From NCBI RefSeq assembly GCF_009914755.1, contig NC_060947.1: a DNA stretch of 64,000 nt. One strand, 5' to 3'. The position numbers were made by a program, and so were the translations under genes. The notes under the pieces were generated by a model that saw nothing but the letters and a program-made list of their open reading frames with translations, made no database searches and was not told the DNA's origin. Source of the DNA: the human T2T-CHM13v2.0 reference genome, Homo sapiens. Shown here in pieces: positions 47,941-62,488 of the stretch. How positions within the stretch are numbered: the stretch's first letter is position 1; each line of letters starts with the position of its first letter.

Positions 47941-49852
47941 GTTGGATACAAGGTATCCAGTTAGAAGGTTTCCGCACTGATGCAGGAGAGGTGACAGTGG
48001 CTCACACCAGAGTGGCAGTAGTAGAGATGTAATAAAAGATTAATGAGCTAGAAAGCTACTTATGTGATAGGACCTGGTTAGGGATTACCGAGAGGGTTGA
48101 GAGAAAGCGGTTGTCTAGAATGACTACACATTTTCAGGGCTACTTAGGGAGTAGAACTGATTGAATGTTAGGGGTGAGGGAGAAAAATGAATAGGCAGTA
48201 TCCAGATAGATATACAGCTTGAACAATAGGATGGATGGTGATATAGCCACTAACATCAACTGAGACACAGCAGGAGGCTTAGGAAGAAAGGTGATGAGTT
48301 GCATTTTGGACTTGTTGCATTTAGATACATTGGGTATTCCCTAGATATGAGGCTAGCATATGATTACAGGATAGCACTCTGATACTTGAAGACTAGAGAA
48401 GAGACGTAGGTATGGGGAGTCATCATTTTGCAGGTTACACATGCCCCATCAGCGGGGTTGAGATGGGACTGTGGGGAAGCACGACTGTTAAGAAAATAAG
48501 GTTGCAGGTCTCATTACCTCTTGCATTAATTAATGCAGAGTCCAATTAATGAAAGTCCAAATTAACAAAAGAGTGCAACCTCTTTTCAGTAACATGTTTA
48601 TACAGTTCTCAGTAATTTATACCTTGTCCATGCAATCTCCCTAGGTTTAACTGCTGGCTTTCCTCCAGGAAAGCAAAGTGACTGCGAATCAGATCCACTA
48701 GTCACCATTTTACTCCAATACAGTGAGATCATGTACTGAGTGAAGAAAAGCAGAATTATTTTCACACTTCAGCCTCTTTTGCAATCTTACTGTTCCTGTC
48801 TGAGAACTGGTCTTTCACCATTCTTTCTACTACTGCGACATACCAACGTGTATGGAACAGTACACCCAAGCCAGGCTCATTGTTTACCACTTTCAGGAAA
48901 CTATTTGCAAACCTGAGATGGGATTAGAACACTCATTATAGCTAACATTTATTTTTTTCATTATTAAACTTTATTGGATATCAACAAAACGAAAAATTAG
49001 ATTTGGTACAAATCTTGAGAAACTTTTATTTCAAGCCTTGTTAAAAACATGTCTAAAATAATTTGGTTCACTTTCCTGCTTTCCTGAAAACCACTACATA
49101 AAATATTGGCTACACCTTGAGGTATTCAGAAGGTTCTATTCATTAGAACTCTTGGTTGCAAGTGACAGAAACCTACCTGAACAATAAACTGCTTTCTTTC
49201 CACTTGAGTTGCTTTCCCCCTGTGTCCAAGTAGCAAGAACATGGAATAATTCTCATTGGCCTTGTATCGCACCAAGGTGCCTTTTTGCCCAATCACCTTG
49301 GTGAGGAGATGAGATATTGCCTTGGATCACGCCTGGGCCATCTGCCCAACTTGTGGTCAGAAGAAAAGATCTGCTACCAGAATAAAGAAGATGGCAAATC
49401 TAACAGGACAGACTAAATATAGTCACTACAACACAATTCACACGATGACGATGAGAATCCAGTACTTTGGGTAGCATGAAAAAAAGAAGTGACAATACCT
49501 CAGAGTCATCACTTTGAATGATGATTGTCATTGGAGACAATCATCTTAATAAGATTGGGGTGAGATAAAAAAAGTCACTGTATATTCTTAGAATTTTTAA
49601 GGTTTTAAAGTCATCTTTGTAGTAAATTATTAATCTCTGGAAACTAAAATATGAAAATCATTTTCAGTTACCTTTTGATCTAAAAATTACCATTTTTAGT
49701 TTAGGTTTTACTACATATAATCCAAGTAGAATGAAGGATAATTTAGGTCAATAATTTTTAATTTGATAATTGAGCTAATATTTTCATGATCCATTAGTCA
49801 TGGACTCATATGGTAATTTCCTCATGAGATTCTGTTTTAAAAAACAATGTCA

Positions 49853-50049
49853 GCCAGGTGAGGTGGCAAGTGCCTGTAGTCCCTGCTACTCAGGAGGCTG
49901 AAGTGGGAGGATGGCTTGAGGCCAGGAGTTTGAGGCTGTAGTGCACTATGATTGTATCTGTGAATAGCCACTGCACTGCAGCCTAGGCAACATAGCAACA
50001 CTTGTCTCTAAAAGAGCAAACAAACAAAAACTGCCCCCCCAAACAAAAC
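49853..50049 (+). mobile_element. FAM (fossil Alu monomer)
   Basis: Monomer retaining the 7SL-like ctgtgaatagccactgcac segment; TSD aaaaaacaatgtca 49839-49852 and 50050-50063. Confidence 0.8.
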
Positions 50050-51929
50050 AAAAAACAATGTCAGTATGATATCTTGTGAACATTAATTACAGATTTGAGT
50101 AAAGAGGAAGCTGTATCTAGCCATGGTTCCTGGGAGAACTGAAAGCTAATAATAAATACTCAATGTAGCCTGATTCTTTTTACCACTCTTTCTTCAAAAA
50201 CTTAACAAAAATTAATTACAAGGGTGACAAAGCCGCTTTTCAAATATGATAAAAACAGAGAATACTGTTTTTAAGAGTCACTCACTGAAATATGACCAAG
50301 AAACTAATAATTTCCAGAATATATTTCAACAGCAAAATTTGCAATTTATGTGTATTTTGTTCCCCTGTCATGGTTCAACAACAGTTCATAATGTACAATT
50401 AATAGTAATTTTATTGTTCATAATACATCATCATTTTTATATGAAATTAGTCAAGGACAGTTGTTTTACTCAGAAACATCATGTGAGTCTTAAGTAAAGC
50501 AAATTTCAGGTGAGTAAGACATTCAATCTTCCTTTTAAAATTCTTCTGCCAAATTTCAAATAGGCTTTAATGTTTCAGAGGTCTTGGCATTTGAAGGTTG
50601 TCATCTAGTTAACATTTTTTAAACCCGACTTGATATTTTGAACCTTTTTGAAAATGATTTTGTGTAAATTTCTCTGGAATTTCAACTGTAAGGATAGTCT
50701 TCTAATCTGGCTTTTGTAGCTGATATGACTCAATCTCATGAAGACTAAAATGATTATATGACTGCAAGTTCAGTACCCTTTTTAATGCAAATAATATTCT
50801 CTGTGTTTGTGCTAATTTGATATGTCACAGGTGCAGAAAGCATTGATTACATAGCTGTACAAAGACAGAGATATTTGAAACCTCCTTAGAGTTTTATAAG
50901 CCTTTTTAAAAGCTTGTAAAACTTGGGATATTAACAAATGGAGAAAGTGGGACATGGATATTAGATAGAACTAGATTGGAAAACACCTTGCCATTCTGAC
51001 GTTTATTCATGTGCTACCTTGGGTAAGCCCCTTAACATTTCTGAGCCTTAGTTTTCTTGTTTTTAAGTGCAGATAATAATTATCTAGTTTAGAGGATTGT
51101 TTAAGGGCTAAAGAATATGACATGTGGAAAAGTTGGCATGTAGCCACTCAATAAATAGCTGCTGTTATTATTTGGTTCTGTTAAATGGAATAAACCTCAG
51201 CTTTGAATGTTTAATCTTGAATAAGAAGGTTGAGGACCTAAAGTTACTTTTTAAGCTTGTACCAGGGCCAAATCTTATGCCCAAGGTGGCTTTACTCAAA
51301 CTTGCCAATAGATGTAAATAATCATTCTCACCATCTTCAAAAGTATCCACTGACCCTAAGTACAGTGTCACAAAAGTGCAAACTGACTACATTCTACAGC
51401 TCTGAATTCATCAGAACCCAATTATATCCTGAATGTTGGCCATTAAGGTTGTTGATCATACAACAGGAAAGCCTGACAAGTACCTGCCTCAGTTTACACC
51501 TGAAACAGAACACTGGGCTTCATCTGTACAGCAAGAATTTCAATTTTTGAATTCACAGATGCTGGAATCCCACTCTGATATTTCAATTCAATGAGTCAAA
51601 GTTGCAGCTGTAAAAAGCTCCTCAGGTCACCCAAATTCTGTTTTTTAATGTGTTTGTCTGTTACCATACTGTTCACAGTTTTTCCATGTCAGTAAATATC
51701 TGTCTACAACATAACTTTAAATGGTTTCATAATATAGGCATGCTGCTGGACTTTGTTTCAAACTTGCAAGATAGACATCATGTATGTTAATACTCTTGCT
51801 ATTTATAAAGTGACAGTGACTTGAGTCCTGAATCTTACAGCCCAAGCCCAGCCACATCGTTTTGTGGAAAGGTGTGCTTACCAGCATCATTGGCTTTGGT
51901 GTCAGCCTGAACTCACGCCCCATCTTTGG

Positions 51930-52085
51930 ACAAGTCAGTTAGCAATGCAGGTCCCTGTTTCTACCTCTGTTAAACGAGGGTGATCATAATACCACCTCCT
52001 AAGGTTTCGAGAATGACTGGATCTGAATATGTCAAGTGCTTAGCAGAATGCCTATCACATAGAAAACACTCAATAAACCTTAATG
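51930..52085 (+). mobile_element. MIR
   Basis: aataccacctcctaaggtt..gagaat...aagtgcttagcagaatgcc..cacatagaaaacactcaataaa. Confidence 0.65.
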
Positions 52086-52175
52086 ATTGAGGAAAAACTA
52101 GGCAGCCTCTGACATCCAGGAGCTGGCCCGGCATGAACAGCTGGGCCTGGCTATTCTCATATTGATCATAAATAG

Positions 52176-52673
52176 TGTCATAGAATATCAGGTGAAACCA
52201 CTTAGGGACCATGATGGATCATGACAAGAACAAGACCACTCCAACCATGCCTGAACACAGGCAAAACACAACTACTGTCCAAACCACAAAATCCAAAACA
52301 GTCCCTTCTCCTGGCTAATATGAGTGACAGCCACTTCTTTACCAATCACAGCTTCAACTGCAATCTGGTCTTTCCTCCTCCTAGGTAAGATGTAATCAAA
52401 TACCCAATCCTAAAATCACCTCTTCATGACATCATCAAATGCAGAGGAAAACCTTACTTCCTTAACTCCTTCACAAGGAGAAGGGCTTCAAGCCACCAAA
52501 TCATGGAACACAAACTCAAGTCTTCCAATAAGCCTTTTCTAACTCCCTCACTGAGGCTCCCCACAACTTCCCAAGGCGCGCCTTCTCCCTGGCTGAAGTA
52601 AACAATATACAACTTGTTCAACGCAAGTTCAACAAGTGTGTTCCTAGTGGTCTTTGGCTGGAGGGCACTGATG
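52176..52673 (+). mobile_element. ERVL/ERV1 solo LTR (MER21/MER77-like)
   Basis: Ends tgtgttcctagtggtctttggctggagggcactga; CCAAT boxes; family from recall. Confidence 0.6.
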
Positions 52674-54499
52674 GCAGTATTCTGGAACGCTTTCTTCATA
52701 ATATAACCACAATGTAGGTAGCTTGGTTTTTCCCTTGGAACTACATCCCTATAACATCTGAAGAATTACGAGTGGAAACCAAGAAGCAGTGAAAGTCAAC
52801 TCCACTTGACCTGAGAAGCACCAACAAGGATTAAGGATTAAGAAGCATTGCAACTTTTGTAAAAGGATCACTATAACTTTTATCAGAATATTCATTAACC
52901 ACAAAATTATTCTTAGGATGTAGGTCTGCATATCACCTAAGACCAAAAGAAGAAAAAAAAATCCAATTGTAAGGTCATCCAGTTCTAAGGTCAAAGTTGT
53001 AAGATCATAGATTGTTCTTAACTTTATAAATGGGTTGTTCCAGAAATTCATTTAAAGTTTGTTTCTAACCTAAAAGAGACATTCTAGTTGAAACCGTATC
53101 ATAAATGGTAACTAGGTTTACCCTTCATTCCCAAAGCCTACTGAATACTGAATACATGTGAAACAATATTTCAAATGCAACATCAATTATGTCTACATGT
53201 CCATGGAAAAATGCATTCTCACCATCAGAGGTCTGTCTCATCAGTATCACCAAAATTAGCAATAGACAACATACCAGATGCCAATAACCTAACTCTACAA
53301 CTGCAGGAGGGGCGTGATCAGGATGCTTTTGCTGCATGGAGGTTTATTATGTCACAGAGCAAGAAGTTTGGCGTTAGGCATCAGGATTAGTTAATTTAGT
53401 GCGTCAGGGGCTCAACAGCTCCCCAGTGACCCAGGTGAGCGAGTGCTAGCCTTGGGCTCTCATCCTCAGAGCCTCAGTGACGATGGCCAGCTCCGTGGTG
53501 CCAAGGTGGCTACAGCACTGACACCCTCTCCAACGCCGCATTCTGATGCAGATGATAACACCCAGTGAGGAAGAGGAGACTTTATGCCAGATGTATTTCT
53601 TTTGGGGGGAGGCAGGTGGAAAATATTTTCCAGAAGTACTCACAGTTCCCCATTTTAACTCGCTATGAGAATTTCTCATTGGCCAGGCGTGTATCACATG
53701 ACCATACTTAAACCAGTCACTGTAAGAGGAAGGGGATTGCCGGGATTGGTTTAGACCAGTAGTTCTCAGCCCCGCCTGCACAATGGAATCGCCTGGGAAC
53801 TTTGGAAACAAAATTCCAACTCCTGGCAACAGTATTTTAACAAGTTTTCAAAGTTCCCCAGCTGTTCCAAATGTATACCCAGAGGTGAGTCCTACCGTAT
53901 TAGCCCGATCAAGTGTCACTCCAGCCCTGGTGAGAGGTCTGCTCTAACAATGTGGGATGGCAAACACCTGAACAAAATTGGGCCTCTGCCAGCGGGGCGG
54001 CGGGCGACGCAACTAACTGGATCCCGCACTGCACTCACCTTGCTAAGAGAAGCAATTCCTGTAGGTGACCTATAATGAGAAATCAAAAAGATTTGTTATA
54101 AGATTTAATGGTTATCTTAATCCCGACAAAAACAAGACCATTCTATAATCATGCCCGAATACAGACGAAACTACTGTCCAAACCTCAAAAACTGGAAAAT
54201 GAGGAAAACACCTAAGTTGCAATTCAAGAGTGCCTTCCTCTCTGGAGCTTTTTCAGATACTCTCCCTCCTCCTAGAGAGAAGTAAGCTCTTCTGTCTCCT
54301 CTATTCCACACCAGCTTTATCAGGGTATGCACATAAAGCTTGAACTTGATTGCTTGCTGCTCCGCCCTCCTGAAATGTGCCCTCTGGGAGGACAGGGGTA
54401 ATGTATGTATTCTACTTTGTGTGTCTAGCAACCAGCACACAGGAGGTCCAATAAATATTTGCTGAATGAATGAATGAATGAATGGGGGACACGGAGAAA

Positions 54500-54770
54500 C
54501 AGATAAGAAATGCCTAATGTCAAGAGCAAATATTTACCCAGCCCTTATATGTCAGGCACTACACAAAGCCATGTACACTGAATTGACTCATTGACTCCTA
54601 AAAAACCCTATGAAGTAGGAGCCACTATTTCCTTCATTTTAAACATGAACAAAGTGCATTACAAAGAGACTAACCAGTTGTCCATGGTCACAAGCTAGAA
54701 AGTGACAAGCATGGGACTGGGTCCTGGAGAGTGGTTTGCAGAGCTGGCCATGTTCTTAACCTTTACACCC
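54500..54770 (-). mobile_element. MIR (adjacent to an L2 3' end with (GAAT)n at 54430-54484)
   Basis: aaccctatgaagtagg..ctatttccttcattttaaacatgaa...ggtcacaagctagaaagtg. Confidence 0.65.
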
Positions 54771-56404
54771 GAGAGGAAAAATGATGTCCTGCATTAAGGG
54801 TGGAGCCCTCTCTAGTGGATCCTAATCTGGAGGAGGACTGTAAGGGGTGCTGCCATTGGCAGGCTTTTTAACTTTTAGGTTCCTGAAGGCTTTTGCATTC
54901 TTGGACTTTTTAGAGGGACGGGGAAAGAGGAATTCCTCAATGACATAAGAAGGGGTGGAAATGCGGAGAAACAAAGGAAAGCATCTAAAATCCTATCCCT
55001 GAAAGGGTAGAGCCTGCAGCAGAACTCTCTCCAATCATGGGCAGGAAAAATAAAAAGGTGAATACTTCAGTTACGGTTTACACAGGACGTGCAATTACAT
55101 GTGCTTCCAAGCCGCCCCTGCCATTTGTGGGGAACACCACCATCTACTGTTCTCATCTCTGATACACCACAACCTGGAGAGGAATCATGGTTCCAGTTCT
55201 AGTTTCTGCACCGTATTACCCCAAAGGCCATTTGACCATCTTCCCCCAACCTTTAACTCCTCTGTATAGCCTTATTCTGGCGGATGCAGCTATTACTCAC
55301 CCAATTCCTTGGGCCAGAAAACCTGGAAGTCTCTCAAGATTCCTCCTTCCCTCTCCTTCACATCCAATTGGCCACTGAGTTTTGTGGGTTCTATTTCCTA
55401 AATCAATCTGTTCATTCATTCCATATTATGTGCCACGAATACGCCGTGATGAATTGGATAAGACCCCTACCCCCAGCTTCAAAGAGCTTACTGTCTTAAT
55501 GAGGTCATTTTGCAAATGAACAACCCATTCTATAGCACAGTGGTACATGCAAGAAAGGGGTTAAGCAGAGTCCTGGGAGGGAACACCTCAGGGCTTTATG
55601 ATTCATCTTGGGAAGCCTGAGGGCTTTTCTGTTGGCATGCCCACGCTGAAATGTGAAGGATGTATACCAGGAACCTGGTGAAGGAAGCGTGCAGAGGGGA
55701 AGCAAATGCAACTTTCTGGAGGCTAGAACAGAGAAGGGGAAGTTCACCAGGTCCGCAGAGATTAGCCTGGAAGCTGGTCTCCAGCCCGGTCCTAATCCAG
55801 TAATTACACTGCCCAACGGCTTTCCAAAACTCAAAAGAAAAAGCCCAGCACTGTCCTTCCTGTCCCTGGAAGTTTGTCCTTCAAGTCTCCCATCACTTGT
55901 CATTCGCTCATCAAGTATTTACTTAACATCCACTCTGTGCAGGTACCATATTGATAGCGGCCTCAAGGGTGCTTCTATTTAGGGAATTTTTAGTCTATTG
56001 GAGCAGATAGACCGTGGGGGGCATTCCGGGGATGCTGGGGGCTGTCAGGCCACGCTAGAAGCTGACACTGAAGACGTCAGCTACTCTTTAAGGACCCATC
56101 TGCCTCGCTGCCCACTGCTCAACCCGTCACTGGGGGCTCCAGGCCTGCCACCGGCTTGTCCTCTGAAGGGATAAGCAAGTGTTCTATTCACAGCCCGGAG
56201 TGCCCTTCTGCCCTCGCCCGAGGCCACTGCCCGCCTGGGGCCAGCTCCAGCGCTGCGTTCTCCAAGCGTGGCCACACTCATCGGCGCGCTGCTCTGCCAA
56301 GGGGGCTGACGCGGCGCGCACGGCCAGGGAGCTCTTGGGGGCAGACGCCGTCCAGCCTCCCGGCCGCCGGGTGCCTACTCCAGACCGGCTCTCTCTCTCC
56401 CTAG

Positions 56405-57253
<849 letters not shown>

Positions 57254-57256
57254 TAA

Positions 57257-57322
57257 ATGTCTCCTTCTGTGCGGCCTGGTGCCGGGTGGGCTCCTGTGGG
57301 ACGCCCTGGCCGTCCGATCCAG
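57257..57322 (+). CDS. MSL3: Candidate alternative first coding exon (MSPSVRPGAGWAPVGRPGRPIQ)
   Basis: ATG 57257, 66 nt, donor CAG|gttcta, phase 0 compatible with exon 2; resembles a recalled MSL3 isoform N-terminus. Confidence 0.6.
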
Positions 57323-58009
57323 GTTCTAATTCATAGTTACACGGCGCTGGCCGCTGACTTGCGACGTTGTGTCCCTGGGACCCTAGTCCAGTTTAGGCCC
57401 CATCCCGCCTGTAGGCCGTGAACCCCATCCCGAGGGCAAGGTTGGCCCAGTGTTTTCGTACCCCAGGGCCTTGCAGCATTTACGTTTTCAAACTCTGAAG
57501 GATTTACGTGGGTCTGACCATAGTTGATGGGAATCGCGCCCCGGGCCGGTCCACCTAAGTCTCCGGGAGCTGAGCCACATCTTGCAGCTCCTCAGATTTG
57601 GGTGGCGGGCAGGAGTTGGCACCAGGTCTCCCAGATCCCCAAGGAAAGCACCCAGGTGCTTTCATTTCAGAGACCTGGGTTCCTAGGGCCACCTGGGCGA
57701 AGCCTTAGGCGGCAGGGACAGGGGCAGTCCCAGGTGTGTCTTTGGCGATGTCTGGACAGCTCTGTCCATTAGAGATGCTAAAGGACATCCCTAAAGGGAT
57801 GAGCATATTCTGCCTTCAGTTCCCTCCCCTGCTGCTCCTGTCTTTTAACCGCGTCTGCTATCCCTCTTTCTCCTCGCCCTCCAGCCTCCTCGGGGCGGAG
57901 GGGGGGGGGCACGCCCCATCATTAGTTTTAGTTGTTCCCTCTAGGGACACAACAGGGAGGGATTCCAGAGTCTCCAGCTAGCCATCCTGGCACTGGACAT
58001 AGGGGAGCC

Positions 58010-58145
58010 CAGGAGACTACAACTCCCAGAGCTCTCAGGGCTGCAGCTTTCATCTAGCCTGGAGTCTCTCCTTAGTGACAAATCGGCTGGCCAATGGCTT
58101 CAGAAGCCTCACACTGTCTCACGCTCAGAGACCAATCACGGGGTG
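58010..58145 (+). promoter_or_regulatory. Candidate internal promoter: ZNF143/THAP11-type motif plus two CCAAT boxes
   Basis: ACTACAACTCCCAG 58016-58029; CCAAT 58091-58095 and 58132-58136. Confidence 0.65.
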
Positions 58146-58269
58146 GTTGGACGGATGTTTCCTATTTTGAAGGCGTCCACTTGGGGGAAAAAAATGAAAG
58201 GAAAAATATTTCAACCCGGCTGTCGGTCTAAAAGAGGAGAGAATGCTTTCTTTAAAAAAGGGTCTGTGA

Positions 58270-58425
<156 letters not shown>

Positions 58426-58478
58426 TGAGTGAACTTGTTAAACCAGACTGAAAATTGATTGTCTTTGCTGCATAGAAA

Positions 58479-58688
58479 CATTGCAGACTTAAGTTTCAGA
58501 AACACTTGTAGAGAAGTTTGTTTCATTTCCTGCTTTTACTTTGTAGCATTGCAAACTTCTTTAAGTTTTTGAAACACTTGTAGAGAAGTTTGTTTCATTT
58601 CCTGTCTTTACTTTGTAGCGTTGCAAACTTCTTTAAGTTTTAGAAACACTTGTAGAGAAGTTTGATTCATTTCCTGTTTTTACTTTGT
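58479..58688. repeat. 72-bp minisatellite, ~2.9 copies, MSL3 intron 2
   Basis: gaaacacttgtagagaagtttg.. recurs at 58499, 58571, 58643. Confidence 0.93.
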
Positions 58689-58928
58689 TACCAGAACTTG
58701 CCTATTGTGACGAATAGTTACTTTTAAGTCGATTGTATTTGGATTCTGTCTGGGTGATTCTGGAAACCCCAGTTGTTTCTGTGTCTGAATGAGTTACTTT
58801 TTCAGTTTATTTGCCTCCTCTTTGTGATTTTAAAATATTTAAATCGTTTTCTAAAAATGTAATTCTGGGGCATTTCTATTGCTTTGAGGTACTTTTAGTC
58901 GTTGTTTCATATCAAACTAAAGTACTGA

Positions 58929-59048
<120 letters not shown>

Positions 59049-59284
59049 TAAGAATACAAAAATCAAGATATAAATGTTATCCAATGTGTTTTCTCTTAGT
59101 GTTTTAGATTTTTATGATATAAAAGTAATACAATGACAAATATCATTTATTAAATAATTTTAAATATTTAAAGTGTGTAAGGGGAAGAGTGTTCCTATGG
59201 TATTCTAAATAACAGTGTTTTCAGAGTGGTTATTGTATAATTTTCTGAAATGGAAATTACCATTTATGTTCTAAAGTTTAATAA

Positions 59285-59491
<207 letters not shown>

Positions 59492-59996
59492 TAGCTTCAC
59501 TTCATTTCTTTTGGCTGAAAGAACTTCCACCTAGACTGAGAGAAGGATTCACTGAAATTCTAGACAGGGAAACACTTCAAGCTCATTATGTATAATATTT
59601 GCCCCATTTATTTTTGACAATTAAAGTAGCAGTCAATATAAGTCAGTAAATCAGTAATAGAACGTTAGCAGAGTCATGCTTGTGACTACTGCCCTCTCGG
59701 CCAGCATCTTTGTACAAACCCCTCATGGGTGTGTTCTCATGGGATCTGTTCTCTTTTTGGCACCTCCCAGGCCTTGGTCCCATTTATGAATGCAACAGGA
59801 AACTGTAGGATCCTAACTGACAATACACTTTCCGATCATTAGCTAGTGTGATTTTTGCATCCATTGAAATTGGTTGTCAAAATAAATTTCTATTGTGAAA
59901 GATACAGTATTTGTGTTTGGCATTTAAAAATACATGGAATTGCAGTTTATTATTTCCAGTAGCACCCACACTACACGTGAAGATCTGTAGACATAA

Positions 59997-60134
<138 letters not shown>

Positions 60135-60678
60135 TAAAGTTTTTATTGTAAAAACTTTCTCTTTGTTATATATTTTAGTGGTAAAAATTCACAGTGAAAT
60201 ACTCCAGTTGTGAATTGTTTTCTAAAGATACATCTTTTAAACCAATAATGTAAATTTTTATTTGACATTTAAAGAAAAACAACCCTTATTTATAGTCGCC
60301 GTATGAGTCTCTCAGTGGCTCTTTATGCCCCTAAAATGTTTCCACAAATTATAGTTATCTTTCTTTCCAGTCAAATTATTTGTTTTATAATGATTAATTT
60401 TTTAATGGAGGCTACAGACTGTGATGTCTTCTGCCTGCATCCAAAGTTAATATAAATCCGAGTGGTAAACTGAAATGGGAAAGAAATGAAATACATATTT
60501 GCATTGTGTTTAGTGCCCCCAAACAAGTTAACTTTTGGCCTTTAACATACTTTTAATTAGAACACGTGGCATACTATGATTGTTGAGGATTAGCTGGGTT
60601 TGTTTCATAGCAGGCCTTCCTTGGATATTGACTCTTCTACTGTTTTAAATAGTTAAAAATGGAATTTTGATATTGCAG

Positions 60679-60801
60679 AAAGAAGAACCAGAGCTTCAAA
60701 CAAGAAGGGAAATGGAAGAAAGAACAATAACTATAGAAATCCCTGAAGTTCTGAAGAAGCAGCTGGAGGATGATTGTTACTACATTAACAGGAGGAAACG
60801 G
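60679..60801 (+). CDS. MSL3: MSL3 exon 6 (start of MRG domain)
   Basis: tgcag|AAA..; [41 protein letters not shown]; |gtatgt; 123 nt. Confidence 0.96.
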
Positions 60802-61382
60802 GTATGTAGGGAGAATGTATAAAACATTAATTTGTTTGGCATTTTCATTTTGCCATAGTTTGCAATCATAGACGTAAGCAATAGCGAATCTTGGTGGAAC
60901 GAAATTTATATTTTTCAGCTTTGTATTGAGTCAGGTTTTAAAGTTCTCTGCCAGTGGTGCTGTGCAGCTGATAAAAATTGAAACTCACACAGCTCTGGCT
61001 GCCCATTAGGGTTGTGTTGGGAGCTTTCCAGAATGCTGCTGCTTGTGCTTCAGCCCAGAAATTAAGAATTAATTGATCTGTGGTGGAGTCCAACTGCAGG
61101 TATACTTGAAGAAGTTCCCCAGGTTGTTCTCACAGATCACTGAGATTAAGAATCACTGCTTACATCTATTCAAAAAAGTAATATTGTAATCTACATAAGG
61201 TTATGATCAGTAGAGAAAAAAAGATCAAAGAGATTGCGAACATATTTAAGAAGTTCTATTCAAACAGAATTGGCTTTGGTTTATTTTTGAGTTAAAAAAT
61301 GATACAGACATGACCAGTGTTTCTTGGAATATGTGGTTTGTTACATTAGGATGCATACATCAGATGTCTATGTTTTTGTTAA

Positions 61383-61547
<165 letters not shown>

Positions 61548-62305
61548 TGAGTACTGGCATGTTTGGTGTTTTGTGGTTCTCTCTGTATTAGAGAGGTGGC
61601 TTCCATTTAGAACAGGTGACACTTGTCTCTATTCCGTTATTTTGAATTCATTTAATATTTAATAATTTATTGATAATTCATTGAATCATCTAATATTAAA
61701 ACCTTGTCACTTTTGTGAAATCTTCAGTACTTCAATAACTATTTACACATCTTACATGGATGCATTGAAAGTGCACTGCCTCAGCACTGAGACAGTTTTT
61801 TCAGTGATACTGTTTAGGGCGAGAACTTTCCTTGAGAAGCACCAGAATGGGCAGTGAGGATTTCTCAAAGCTTGTTTACAAACAGGTTTTCATTCCAGTC
61901 AGAGAAAGCTTCCTTGTATCCTGCCTGGTACACATGACCCAGCTAGATGAGAGGCAGAAAGGTGGAGTGTTGGAGTTAAAGCAAGGGTTAGGGATTCACT
62001 AGGGTCAACCCGTTTCAGCTTGCAGTGATAGGGGTGTGTCCACCTGTCCACTTTTGCAGCACAGGCTGCTGGACACCTCGTGTGGCCTCAAACATATTTA
62101 TTTGTGTTTAATGGGGTAAGTTAAAGTGACTGCTGTATTTTCTGCACTTTATGTTTTCCTATGTAATCTTGACAGTAGCTACAAATCCATTTCATTTTGT
62201 GTGTATGTAGGTGTAGTATATAATGATTAGATTTAAAACTGCCCTATTAAAAATCGGCCACTTCATTGTGAACATTTGGAAAGTACCTCTTACTTGTGTC
62301 TCTAA

Positions 62306-62488
<183 letters not shown>

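Noticed and set aside
58479-58688. CRISPR-like array
   Set aside because: Head-to-tail repeat without unique spacers, in a eukaryotic intron.
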